A stretch of DNA of 64,000 nucleotides from Phycisphaerae bacterium (GTDB lineage: Bacteria > Planctomycetota > Phycisphaerae > Phycisphaerales > SM1A02). Positions 38,380-46,942 of this stretch are shown in pieces (position 1 is the first letter of the stretch; each line of letters starts with the position of its first letter). The stretch is taken from the NCBI GenBank assembly GCA_002722935.1, contig PBMX01000010.1, positions 2,169 through 66,168 on the forward strand, written 5' to 3'. The position numbers were made by a program, and so were the translations under genes. The notes under the pieces were generated by a model. It made no database searches, was not told where the DNA came from, and saw only the letters and a list, made by a program, of their open reading frames with translations.

Positions 38380-39645
38380 ATGGTCAAGCAGACACGGAAG
38401 AACACCGGAACACGCGCGAACAAGGCCGATGGCAAAGAGCAGGCCGCCCGGAATGGGTCAACGCAGCGTGGTAGAGTGAACGAGAGCCGTAGAACGGACA
38501 CGGCCACTACCAAAACCAAGGATGGGAAGCATGCCATGAGCAAGCCGGCGAGCAGGAAATCGAACAAGAAAGCGGAAGCAGGACAGGACCAGGCTCTTGA
38601 GCGAGCCATTGCACAGATCGACCAGACCTTCGGCGAAGGATCGATCATGCGACTGGCTGGAGAGCATCGGGCGATTCCAAGCATTTCAACTGGATGCCTC
38701 AGTCTCGACCTGGCCCTTGGCGGACGCGGCATACCGCGTGGTCGCATCGTCGAAATCTACGGTCCGGAATCATCCGGCAAGACGACGCTTGCACTGACCG
38801 TTGCTGCAAATGCACAGCGTGATGGTGGTGTTGCAGCCTTCATCGACGCGGAGCATGCGCTTGACCCCACGTGGGCACGACGTCTTGGCGTCGATCTCGA
38901 CAGCCTCCTGGTGTCGCAGCCGGATACGGGTGAGCAGGCGCTGGAAATCTGTGAACTTCTCGTTCGAAGTGCTGCCGTGGACATCGTCGTCATCGACTCG
39001 GTGGCCGCGCTCATTCCACGAGCTGAAATCGAGGGAGAAATGGGTGATACGCACGTCGGCCTGCAGGCGAGGCTCATGAGCCAGGCCATGCGGAAGTTGA
39101 CGGGTGCGATCGCCAAGAGCGGTGCGACGGTGATCTTCATCAACCAGTTGCGGGAGAAGATCGGGGTGATGTTCGGTTCACCGGAAACGACATCCGGTGG
39201 ACGTGCCCTGAAGTTCTACTCGTCTGTGCGAGTCGATATTCGGCGGATTGGCGCCATCAAGGATGGCGACCAGAATGTCGGAAACAGGGTTCGCGCACGC
39301 GTTGTCAAGAACAAGATTGCACCTCCATTCCGTGATGCGGAGTTCGACATCATGTTCAACGAGGGCATCAGTACATCCGGAGACATGTTGGATCTCGCGG
39401 TGGCTGATGGCATCGTCCAGAAGTCCGGCGCATGGTTCAGTTGCGGAGAGATTCGCCTGGGCCAGGGGCGAGAAAACTCCAAGACGTACCTCCGAGAGAA
39501 CCCGGACCTGTTCGAGGAGATTCGTACGAGGATTCTCCAGGGTCGCGGCTTGCTGGAAGCCCCGGGGCAGGATGAAGACGCCGGGGCAGCCACGGATACG
39601 GAGCCCGTTGCCGAGGACGCCAAGAAGGCCATGGCCGGCACGTGA
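38380..39645 (+). CDS. recA: recombinase RecA (with possible about 52-aa basic N-terminal extension)
   Basis: [36 protein letters not shown] and [30 protein letters not shown] lies 7 nt upstream of the ATG at 38380. Alternative start at M53 (38536). Confidence 0.95.
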   Translation: MVKQTRKNTGTRANKADGKEQAARNGSTQRGRVNESRRTDTATTKTKDGKHAMSKPASRKSNKKAEAGQDQALERAIAQIDQTFGEGSIMRLAGEHRAIPSISTGCLSLDLALGGRGIPRGRIVEIYGPESSGKTTLALTVAANAQRDGGVAAFIDAEHALDPTWARRLGVDLDSLLVSQPDTGEQALEICELLVRSAAVDIVVIDSVAALIPRAEIEGEMGDTHVGLQARLMSQAMRKLTGAIAKSGATVIFINQLREKIGVMFGSPETTSGGRALKFYSSVRVDIRRIGAIKDGDQNVGNRVRARVVKNKIAPPFRDAEFDIMFNEGISTSGDMLDLAVADGIVQKSGAWFSCGEIRLGQGRENSKTYLRENPDLFEEIRTRILQGRGLLEAPGQDEDAGAATDTEPVAEDAKKAMAGT

Positions 39646-39751
39646 CCGATCCTGCCGGGCGTCAGCAAGTGTCGGGCTGACCATCGTTGCAGTTTGGCTG
39701 CAAGGGACTACCATTCCCCGTTCGTCCTTCCATGATTCGATGGGCGACGCC

Positions 39752-39837
39752 GCGGCTGTGGCGGAATTGGCAGACGCGCTAGATTCAGGTTCTAGTGGGA
39801 GTAATATCCCGTGGAGGTTCGACTCCTCTCAGCCGCA
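39752..39837 (+). tRNA. tRNA-Leu (anticodon CAG)
   Basis: Manual fold: acceptor GCGGCTG/CAGCCGC, anticodon arm CTAGA-TTCAGGT-TCTAG, long variable arm, T arm GGAGG-TTCGACT-CCTCT. Confidence 0.9.
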
Positions 39838-39893
39838 TTCTTCCGTTGAATGCCGCCCAGGCCAGGTTCAGGGCAGCGTGCAGGGGAATCTGG

Positions 39894-39927
39894 ATACCCC
39901 CGACCCCGACAGGGTGCGGGGGTATTT
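39894..39927 (+). terminator. hairpin terminator candidate after tRNA-Leu
   Basis: Perfect 9-bp stem ATACCCCCG / CGGGGGTAT with a 14-nt loop, followed by TTT. Confidence 0.5.
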
Positions 39928-40015
39928 CATGCCTCCAGGTGGGAAGACCGGCCGTTTCACGACGGGCACAAGGCCTGTGCTCCTCTACAATCAACGGACC
40001 GTGAAACCAGTGGAC

Positions 40016-41218
40016 ATGATCTATCTCGACCACAATGCAACGACCCCGATGGCTCCGGAAGTCATGGGGGCCATGCAGGAGGTCGTTTCCGAGCAGTGGG
40101 CGAATCCCTCCAGCATCCATCGGCTTGGACAGCTTGCCAAGCGTCGACTCGAAGGAGCTCGGGAACGTGTCTCTGCATTCATCGGCTCCGAGCCCGATGA
40201 GATCGTCTTCACCGGCGGTGGTACGGAATCCGTGAACACGGCCATCCGTTCCTGTCTCAGGGAACGGTCGGACCGCAGGCTGGTCGTGACCAGTCAGGTG
40301 GAGCACTCGGCCGTCAGGGAACTGCTTGAGGACCTGGAGCCCACCGGTGTCGAAACCCTGAAGTTGCCCAATGACAGCAATGGGGTCGTCGATGTCGAAG
40401 CCCTGTCGAAGCTCCTCGCCGAACGTGGAGATGAAACTGCATTGGTGTCGGTGATGTGGGCGAACAATGAAACCGGTGTCATCGAGCCGGTTGGGAGAGT
40501 CGGGGCATTGTGCCGTGAACATGGTGTGCTCTTTCACAGCGATGGAACCCAATGGGTAGGGAAGATGCCCGCCGACATGTCCTCGATGCCGTTCGACATG
40601 TTGAGTTTCGCGGCCCACAAGTTTCATGGGCCAAAGGGAGTAGGTGTCCTGTACACGCGAAGAAACACTCCCTATCACTCGCTGGTGATCGGCGGTGGGC
40701 AGGAGGGGGGACGTCGGGGTGGCACGGAAAATGTTCCGGGGATCGTCGGTCTCAGTGAAGCCTGCAACCTCTCGGAGGCCTGGTTCAAGTCAGGTGGCCC
40801 GGATCACATGTCCAGCGTTCGAGCCGGCTTCGAGGATGGTCTCCTCGAGATGCTGCCCGATGCGTGCATCAACGGTCGTGAAGCCGATCGCATGTGGTCT
40901 ACGACGAGTGTCGGCTTCCCGGGACTCGAGTCCGAACTGGTACTCCTGATGCTCTCGGAACATGGCGTCTGCGCCTCATCGGGTTCGGCGTGTTCTTCCG
41001 GAGCCCTGAAGCCCTCCAAGGTCATCGAAGCCATCGGCCGGCAACCCTGCCAGGTCGCCGATGTTCCATACGGTGCGGTGCGGTTGAGCCTCGGCAGGGA
41101 AACGACGTCCGAGGAGTTGGCGAAGGCCACGACAATCATCGGGGATGTGGTCAATCGCCTCCAGGAGGACCGGGATGGAGTGTCGGTTCAGCGTACGGAG
41201 CAACTGGACCCGTCTTGA
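40016..41218 (+). CDS. cysteine desulfurase (class V aminotransferase, NifS/IscS-like)
   Basis: MIYLDHNATTPM, FTGGGTESVN, AHKFHGPKGVGVLY (PLP-Lys region) and SSGSACSSG (active-site Cys loop). The upstream part of the 656-aa ORF crosses tRNA-Leu and is rejected. Confidence 0.88.
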   Translation: MIYLDHNATTPMAPEVMGAMQEVVSEQWANPSSIHRLGQLAKRRLEGARERVSAFIGSEPDEIVFTGGGTESVNTAIRSCLRERSDRRLVVTSQVEHSAVRELLEDLEPTGVETLKLPNDSNGVVDVEALSKLLAERGDETALVSVMWANNETGVIEPVGRVGALCREHGVLFHSDGTQWVGKMPADMSSMPFDMLSFAAHKFHGPKGVGVLYTRRNTPYHSLVIGGGQEGGRRGGTENVPGIVGLSEACNLSEAWFKSGGPDHMSSVRAGFEDGLLEMLPDACINGREADRMWSTTSVGFPGLESELVLLMLSEHGVCASSGSACSSGALKPSKVIEAIGRQPCQVADVPYGAVRLSLGRETTSEELAKATTIIGDVVNRLQEDRDGVSVQRTEQLDPS

Positions 41219-41253
41219 TGGACCGGGTCATGCAGCGGTACAATCCCCACTTC

Positions 41254-41326
<73 letters not shown>

Positions 41327-41426
41327 TTTCGTCACCATGGACCTGGGTGCATGCACCCTGTCCTGCCGATCCTCCAACAGGTGATCATGCCCAGCCCGGC
41401 CCCCGGGGGCTTGCACTGCGCATGAA

Positions 41427-41527
41427 ACTGCCCTGAGTAGGGCTCGCAGAAGAGAGGGAAGCGACAGTGTCTCTGTGGTGGGGAAGCGACACCACCGCAT
41501 GCGAGGGAGGATCCCGCTCAGGGCAGT
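41427..41527. other. about 100-nt nested inverted-repeat element (candidate structured RNA or palindromic element)
   Basis: Outer 11-bp inverted repeat ACTGCCCTGAG (41427-41437) / CTCAGGGCAGT (41517-41527). Inner pairings CTCGCA (41443-41448) / TGCGAG (41500-41505) and GGTGG (41477-41481) / CCACC (41492-41496). Internal 11-nt direct repeat GGGAAGCGACA at 41456 and 41481. Confidence 0.4.
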
Positions 41528-41880
41528 ACCCAGCCAGGCGGAACCCAGCCGGTTGACGGATGGTAGTTGGGTTCCAAAGGGCTGTTTCGCCTGTATACGG
41601 TTGGTGCAGGAGGTGTGGACAGGTTGCGTATGAAGTTGGCTGCGGCAGGATCAGCAGCCTGCGGGCTGAAGTTAGGATTCATTCATTCTCCGCTTCAAGC
41701 GTGGACAAAATTGAAAAAGTACCTCGATTAAAGGCCACCAAAGGCGGTTCAGACCTTATTTGGGTTGAATGTGCCTCCAACAGCTTCCCTCACCTGCTAA
41801 CGTGCCGCTCTTGGCCTCAGGCAGGTGCTGTTTGCCTGTCCGAGGAGACAAGAATGGTGTTCGATTAAGGATTGAGTGTT

Positions 41881-42087
41881 ATGGCTTCAGGTACGATCGG
41901 TCGTTACTTCGACCAGAATGGTTTTGGTTTCATCAAGCCCGACGCAGGTGAAAAAGATCTCTTTGTTCACATTACAGAGGTGAAGACGGAAGGCGTCTCT
42001 TCACTGACCGAAGGTCAACGAGTGACCTATGAGGAAATTGAGGGTCAAAAGGGCCCCAAGGCAGTCAACGTCGAAATCGTCGACTGA
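41881..42087 (+). CDS. cold-shock protein (CspA family)
   Basis: MASGTIGRYFDQNGFGFIKPDAGEKDLFVHITEV carries RNP1/RNP2-type motifs. 68 aa. Confidence 0.92.
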   Translation: MASGTIGRYFDQNGFGFIKPDAGEKDLFVHITEVKTEGVSSLTEGQRVTYEEIEGQKGPKAVNVEIVD

Positions 42088-42112
42088 CCACCCTCATGAT
42101 TCAAACTTCGAA

Positions 42113-42151
42113 CCGAGGCCGGCTTTCAAAGGTCGGCCTCGGTGTCTTTTT
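42113..42151 (+). terminator. intrinsic terminator after the csp gene
   Basis: 9-bp stem CCGAGGCCG / CGGCCTCGG with a 12-nt loop, followed by TGTCTTTTT. Confidence 0.75.
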
Positions 42152-42169
42152 ACTTGTCCCCTTCGTTCG

Positions 42170-43138
42170 ATGAATACACAACACCAGCAGCAGAACATTC
42201 CCGGGGAACTTCTTGAGAGGCTCGGGACCATCTACGATCCGGAAGTTGCAGGCCTTGTCGAAGCGTCGTTCGCCAGCCTTCCCCCACTGTCCTTTCGTGT
42301 CATCGGAAATGACGGTGCGCGGTCCGGCGTGGTCGAGGAACTTCGCGAATCTGGATTCGCACCCGAGCCTGTTCCATGGTGCAAGGGAGCTTTCGTCGCC
42401 AGGGGTGGTACTCGCCATGGATTGCAGGACACAGTCTCGTGGTCCGAGGGTCGAATCTTCATCCAGTCGCTTTCGAGCATGGCTGCTGCGGTTGCGCTTG
42501 AGGTCGAGCCGGGTCATCATGTGCTTGATCTCTGCGCGGCGCCCGGTGGAAAGACCGCCATGCTCGGTCTTGATCAGCGTGGCCGGGGCGTCTTGCTTGC
42601 GAACGATCGCAGCAGGAAGCGCCTTGCTTCTCTCCGATCGGTTCTTGACCAGCATGGCGTCTCGCATGCCGAGTTGCAGAATCGAACCGGGGAATCCTAC
42701 GGAGGAACTCATCGGGACTGTTTTGACCGCGTCCTGGTCGATGCTCCCTGCAGTGGTGAGGCCATGTTGCGACAGGATGACGTCGCGGGGTGTGAAGACT
42801 GGAGCACCAGGAGAATACGAAGGCTGGCCTCTCAGCAGGCCAGGCTGTTGACAGCGGGACTTCGCACCTTGAAGCCGGGAGGGATCCTGGTGTATTCGAC
42901 CTGCACCTATGCGCCGGAAGAGAACGAGGGAGTCCTCGACAAGGTTCTCCGCCGGATCGATGTCCCGGTCGAGATCGATCCTCTTCCCATGTTCCTGCCC
43001 GAGGGCCTGCCAGGCCTGAGAGAGTGGGAGGGTGTCTCATACGACACATCGATCCGGCATGGGCTTCGCCTGGTGCCTGGCGGAGATTGCACCGGTTTCT
43101 TCATCGCCAGGCTGAGGCGTTCATCAAGCGACTCGTAA
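42170..43138 (+). CDS. RsmB/RsmF (NOL1/NOP2/Sun) family RNA cytosine-C5 methyltransferase
   Basis: DLCAAPGGKT, DRVLVDAPCSGE and VYSTCTYAPEENE motifs. Lacks a NusB-like N-terminal domain. Confidence 0.8.
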   Translation: MNTQHQQQNIPGELLERLGTIYDPEVAGLVEASFASLPPLSFRVIGNDGARSGVVEELRESGFAPEPVPWCKGAFVARGGTRHGLQDTVSWSEGRIFIQSLSSMAAAVALEVEPGHHVLDLCAAPGGKTAMLGLDQRGRGVLLANDRSRKRLASLRSVLDQHGVSHAELQNRTGESYGGTHRDCFDRVLVDAPCSGEAMLRQDDVAGCEDWSTRRIRRLASQQARLLTAGLRTLKPGGILVYSTCTYAPEENEGVLDKVLRRIDVPVEIDPLPMFLPEGLPGLREWEGVSYDTSIRHGLRLVPGGDCTGFFIARLRRSSSDS

Positions 43139-43166
43139 ACCCTTCATCCCGGATTCCCTGTGAAAC

Positions 43167-43194
43167 GACCCCGGGAGCAGGTGCACCCGGGGTC
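43167..43194. terminator. GC-rich hairpin between convergent genes
   Basis: Perfect 9-bp stem GACCCCGGG / CCCGGGGTC with a 10-nt loop. No U-tract on either strand. Confidence 0.4.
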
Positions 43195-43221
43195 GGTGTT
43201 CACATTGGGACTCTCCAGGTC

Positions 43222-43701
43222 TCAGGAGCGTCGACGTCGCCTCTTCATGCCCAGTCCGGCAGTCAGGAGCAGCACGAGCGGTCCTGGTCCGGGCAGCATG
43301 TTGCCATTGTTCATCGAACCATTCGATCCATGCTCGGTGAACTGGCTGTATGAAATCGACATCGAGTCACTCTCGGTGCTCACGAATCCTGTTACCAGAT
43401 CCGTCTTCACCCTGGCGGTCTCGAATGCAGGGCCGACTGCATTGTCGATCAGGCTTCCGCCATCAAGGCCACCCAGATCGAACCCGGGTCGGTTGATGAT
43501 CACGATCGCTGTATTGCCACCATGGCTTCTTCCGCCCTGGTTGGTATGAAGGTTGGGTGGTTTGAACCAGCCCACATTCGACAATTCGCCGCCGGGCTTG
43601 AGTGCATTGATGTACAGGCTGGCGTTTGCCGCCGAAGTCATCAATCCAAGAAGAACAAGGCTGATGGATGCAAGTCCGAGATGTCTGCTTGTTCGTGTCA
43701 T
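43222..43701 (-). CDS. secreted protein with PEP-CTERM-like sorting tail
   Basis: Signal peptide MTRTSRHLGLASISLVLLGLMTSAANA. C-terminus LPGPGPLVLLLTAGLGMKRRRRRS (Pro motif, hydrophobic span, Arg cluster). Confidence 0.7.
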   Translation of the reverse strand: MTRTSRHLGLASISLVLLGLMTSAANASLYINALKPGGELSNVGWFKPPNLHTNQGGRSHGGNTAIVIINRPGFDLGGLDGGSLIDNAVGPAFETARVKTDLVTGFVSTESDSMSISYSQFTEHGSNGSMNNGNMLPGPGPLVLLLTAGLGMKRRRRRS

Positions 43702-43715
43702 GCCGTGTCCTCCTT

Positions 43716-44981
43716 TCATGATGCCTGGACAACATTGGCATTCTGGAGAATTCGCCAACCTGTCTTCCTGAATTGCGGGAAACGACCCATTGTGCCCGTG
43801 ATCATCTTGATGTCATCGGAATCGATGGTCATGGGTATGGCCTGTCCGGTCCAGCCCACGAAACGTTGATGTCCCGTGTACTGAAGAGTGAAGACGCGTT
43901 CACGCATCGACCAGTTGTCCAGTCGATTCGCGATCTCATCCGCCTTGTTCGTGAACAACGCCATCATGCGATGCAGGTCACGCTCGTCCGAGACGTGTCG
44001 TATCGCGACGTTGCATCCGAAGATGCACCACCATCCATAGCTCTCGAGGAGGTCGCCACCCTCGACCTGCTCGAGGTCGATGATGTCGTTCAGTGCATCA
44101 TTGATGACTGCAAGAGCTTCGCGTGCGTCCTTCGATCCAAGCGATACCTCGGCTTCAAGAACTCCTCCGCGGCAGGTCCGGGCCACTCCTTCGTAGCATT
44201 CATGGACCTCCTTGGCGAGAACCTCGAAATCCGATGTCGCTTCGGTCAGGATCGACCTGGCGGCTTCGGCATGCTGTGCCGCATGCTCGGGCTCGGCATC
44301 GATCAGTCGTCGATGCGTGTGTCCGAGCACATACTTCGCGAATGCATGGGTACATCGATCCCATTCCGTCGCCGGAGGTTCGGACTCGAATCGAGCGAGC
44401 AGTTCATTGGCTGTCGCACGTGACTCGACAAGGTGCCAGAGCGTGTAGTAGGCATTTGCAAGGTTGCTTTCGAGCGCTCGACGAAGTTCGCCGTCGATGG
44501 GGCTTTCGCGAAGACCACGCTGGGCGGCCTCAAGGCTGCGGGTGTATCGACCGAGTCCGTCCCAGCCACCAAGTTCCCTGTTGCAGGCGAGGGCTCGCTC
44601 CGATGGTGTCCGAGCGGCATCCATTGCTCGTCGAGCGTACTTGACCATGTCGCGGAACTCACCCTTGGCGTGTGCCTCGCGGGCGGCTGCGTTGAGTGAA
44701 TCGAATTCGCTCGAATCGTCAACGTGCTCGGTGTCTTCGCCGAGTTTCGCTTCGAGAGCGAACTCGTTGGTCAGGCAGTCCGTCACGTCGCCGATGCTCC
44801 AATCAAGGGCGTCGGCAAGCTGGACGACGAGGTCCAACTTCGGGTTCCCACTGCCGGGAACCAGCTTGGTCGGATCACGACCAAGAGTGGCCGCAAGTTC
44901 CTTCCTGCTCCAGCCCCTGTATACCTGAGCCAGGTCGAGCAGTCGCTCAAGACGTTTGCGCTTGGTGCTCGATTCATGCAT
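43716..44981 (-). CDS. XRE-type HTH regulator with C-terminal TPR-like helical-repeat domain
   Basis: N-terminal WSRKELAATLGRDPTKLVPGSGNPKLDLVVQLADALDWSIGDV, then about 330 aa of helical repeats rich in A/L/R/E (AREAHAKGEFRDMVKYARRAMDAA...). Confidence 0.7.
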   Translation of the reverse strand: MHESSTKRKRLERLLDLAQVYRGWSRKELAATLGRDPTKLVPGSGNPKLDLVVQLADALDWSIGDVTDCLTNEFALEAKLGEDTEHVDDSSEFDSLNAAAREAHAKGEFRDMVKYARRAMDAARTPSERALACNRELGGWDGLGRYTRSLEAAQRGLRESPIDGELRRALESNLANAYYTLWHLVESRATANELLARFESEPPATEWDRCTHAFAKYVLGHTHRRLIDAEPEHAAQHAEAARSILTEATSDFEVLAKEVHECYEGVARTCRGGVLEAEVSLGSKDAREALAVINDALNDIIDLEQVEGGDLLESYGWWCIFGCNVAIRHVSDERDLHRMMALFTNKADEIANRLDNWSMRERVFTLQYTGHQRFVGWTGQAIPMTIDSDDIKMITGTMGRFPQFRKTGWRILQNANVVQAS

Positions 44982-45007
44982 GATGTAACTCCTCTCAATC
45001 CTCTTTC

Positions 45008-45067
45008 CCTGTGGCTGAATCCCCTCAGGATCTTGCTCTCATGGCCACAAGGGCCATCCGCCACAGG
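45008..45067. promoter_or_regulatory. nested inverted repeats upstream of the HTH/TPR regulator gene
   Basis: CCTGTGGC (45008-45015) / GCCACAGG (45060-45067) enclose ATGGCC (45041-45046) / GGCCAT (45052-45057). Located 27-86 nt upstream of the regulator ATG on the reverse strand. Confidence 0.4.
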
Positions 45068-45208
45068 TAAAACGTACTCCTCGCAGGGAACACACAGCTG
45101 AAAAAAGAGAAAAGTCGCCATGGATTCCCGAATCTGGCCCCCGCGCAGTTCCTACTGGAGTCTGCACAGCCGATTTCAGGTGATTTAACGCCGTTTACCC
45201 GGGGGAAG

Positions 45209-45226
45209 TCATTGCTCCAGCAATGA
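45209..45226. promoter_or_regulatory. 18-nt perfect palindrome immediately upstream of ORF 45236
   Basis: TCATTGCT-CC-AGCAATGA ends 10 nt before the ATG at 45236. Confidence 0.4.
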
Positions 45227-45235
45227 TGGCGGGGA

Positions 45236-45703
45236 ATGACAGTTCATCCTCAAGTGATGTTCGTGCACATTTTCACGATGTTGCTCCTGCTCCATGCAGG
45301 CTGTGATGCCTCGGATTTGTCGCCCGTGTCGGGTCGAACCAGGTTCCACGTGGATTCAGATGGGGGAATCGGTGAATTTCATACGACGTCCTTCACCACC
45401 AGGGAAGTGCGGTGGAACTGCTCCAGGATGTGCATACCGTCAACCATCCTCCTCCATGTTGACCTGCCTCCATCACTCGGTGGAACATGCAGGTTCGACG
45501 GCAGCCTCGTGGAAATAGCCGTCTCTCTCCGTCAACTGGACATCCGCTCGGCACGGTTTGATCCTGGAGGGACGGGAATGCCGACAGTGATCGCCAATTG
45601 GACCGATGGGTCATGCCGTCTCGAGGTCGAGGGCTTCCGCGTTTTCCCCATGGAGGTTCATGCCGTCGTGGGAGGAGCCTGCACGGAAGCAGGGACCAGA
45701 TAG
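45236..45703 (+). CDS. hypothetical Cys-rich secreted/lipoprotein candidate
   Basis: 155-aa ORF with hydrophobic N-terminus FTMLLLLHAGC (lipobox-like) and 6 Cys. Divergent from the HTH regulator. No family recognised. Confidence 0.4.
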   Translation: MTVHPQVMFVHIFTMLLLLHAGCDASDLSPVSGRTRFHVDSDGGIGEFHTTSFTTREVRWNCSRMCIPSTILLHVDLPPSLGGTCRFDGSLVEIAVSLRQLDIRSARFDPGGTGMPTVIANWTDGSCRLEVEGFRVFPMEVHAVVGGACTEAGTR

Positions 45704-45754
45704 CCCCGGGACCGTGTACGCTGTAGATCGCCCGCATCAATGGAGTCCATGAGC

Positions 45755-46567
45755 ATGTGCAGATGGCTTGCATACATCGGTTCCCCGATTCAGATGGACG
45801 ACCTGCTCCTGAAACCGGAGCACTCGATGATCGACCAGTCACGCCACGCAAGGCAGTCGACCTACGAAATCAATGCCGATGGATTCGGAGCCGGGTGGTA
45901 TGGCGATTCGAGTGAGCCCGGGATGTACCACGACATCCGCCCGATCTGGAACGATCAGAACTTCCATGAGATCGCCAGGCACGTGCGGTCGCATCTGTTC
46001 ATGTGTCATATCCGCGCATCCTCCGGATCGGCAGTCGTCCGTTCCAACTGCCATCCCTACAGGCATGGCACATGGTTGTTCCAGCACAACGGCGAGATCA
46101 ACGAATTCGGTCGCATCAGGCATGCGCTGGTCACGAAGATCGATCCGGACATCTTCGCCACCATGCGGGGGGCGACCGACACCGAGGTGATGTTCCAACT
46201 GGCCTTGACCTTCGGGCTCATGGACGATCCGCTCGAGGGAGTCCGGCGAATGATCGAGGAAGTCGAGGAGCAGCGTGAACAGCACGGGGTCGAGAAGCCG
46301 TTCCTCATGACGGTTGCGGTGTCCGATGGAACGACGCTCTGGGCATTTCGCCATGCAAGTCACGGGACGCCTCCCTCGCTGTACCACTCGCACTCCCGTG
46401 CAGCCCTGCAGGAAGCATCGGGCGACCGGTTCACTCTCCCCGATGATTCCGTCATCGTGCTGTCGGAACCGCTGGACAGCGTGGGTGAACATTGGGTTGA
46501 AGTTCCGGCGTCCTCGGCGCTGGTCGTCCGCCCGGGTGAAGCCCGGATCCTGCCTCTTACCGGTTGA
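45755..46567 (+). CDS. class II (Ntn-type) glutamine amidotransferase, YafJ/EgtC-like
   Basis: Start chosen so that the protein begins MCRWLAYIGSP (catalytic Cys2), followed by DGFGAGWY and HIRASSGSAVVRSNCHPY. Confidence 0.8.
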   Translation: MCRWLAYIGSPIQMDDLLLKPEHSMIDQSRHARQSTYEINADGFGAGWYGDSSEPGMYHDIRPIWNDQNFHEIARHVRSHLFMCHIRASSGSAVVRSNCHPYRHGTWLFQHNGEINEFGRIRHALVTKIDPDIFATMRGATDTEVMFQLALTFGLMDDPLEGVRRMIEEVEEQREQHGVEKPFLMTVAVSDGTTLWAFRHASHGTPPSLYHSHSRAALQEASGDRFTLPDDSVIVLSEPLDSVGEHWVEVPASSALVVRPGEARILPLTG

Positions 46568-46941
46568 TCAGCATGGGTTCCCGGCGATTGATGATCCTGG
46601 TCTCCTTCGTGCTCGCGTGCATCGCCGAAGCGGGATTCCTCGCCAACTGGTGGATCATGACTTCACACGGGGCGTCCGGCCCGGGAATCGCGACGATGGC
46701 GTGGGCCTGGCCACCGAGTTGGTTGGTCCTGTTCCTGTCCGCTTCATCGTGCATGTGGCTGGAGCGGAGACTTGGACCTTCGGAGAACGACCTGCAGCGG
46801 CGAGCGACCGCAGCCGTGATGCTGTTGAGGCTCTTCTCTCCGGCCCTGTTGCTCATCGGTCCGGGCATCGTGATGTTCTACTCGCTGGTCATGGTCCTGA
46901 CCGCGATCGGTGTGACATCGACCCAGGGTGTTGCAGGCTGA
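46564..46941 (+). CDS. small membrane protein, hypothetical
   Basis: 125-aa ORF with about 4 hydrophobic spans. TTG start overlaps the upstream stop; alternative ATG at 46573. Confidence 0.4.
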   Translation: MISMGSRRLMILVSFVLACIAEAGFLANWWIMTSHGASGPGIATMAWAWPPSWLVLFLSASSCMWLERRLGPSENDLQRRATAAVMLLRLFSPALLLIGPGIVMFYSLVMVLTAIGVTSTQGVAG

Positions 46942-46942
46942 A

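Noticed and set aside
39248-40015. Upstream part of the 656-aa forward ORF that would extend the cysteine desulfurase by about 256 residues.
   Set aside because: It overlaps the 3' end of recA out of frame and reads straight through the tRNA-Leu gene and its terminator hairpin. The canonical desulfurase N-terminus (MIYLDHNATTP) starts at 40016.
45393-45851. 152-aa reverse ORF overlapping the 45236 ORF and the start of the amidotransferase gene.
   Set aside because: It overlaps the strongly supported class II amidotransferase N-terminus on the opposite strand. Its Arg/Pro/Trp/Cys-rich product has no signal or motif.
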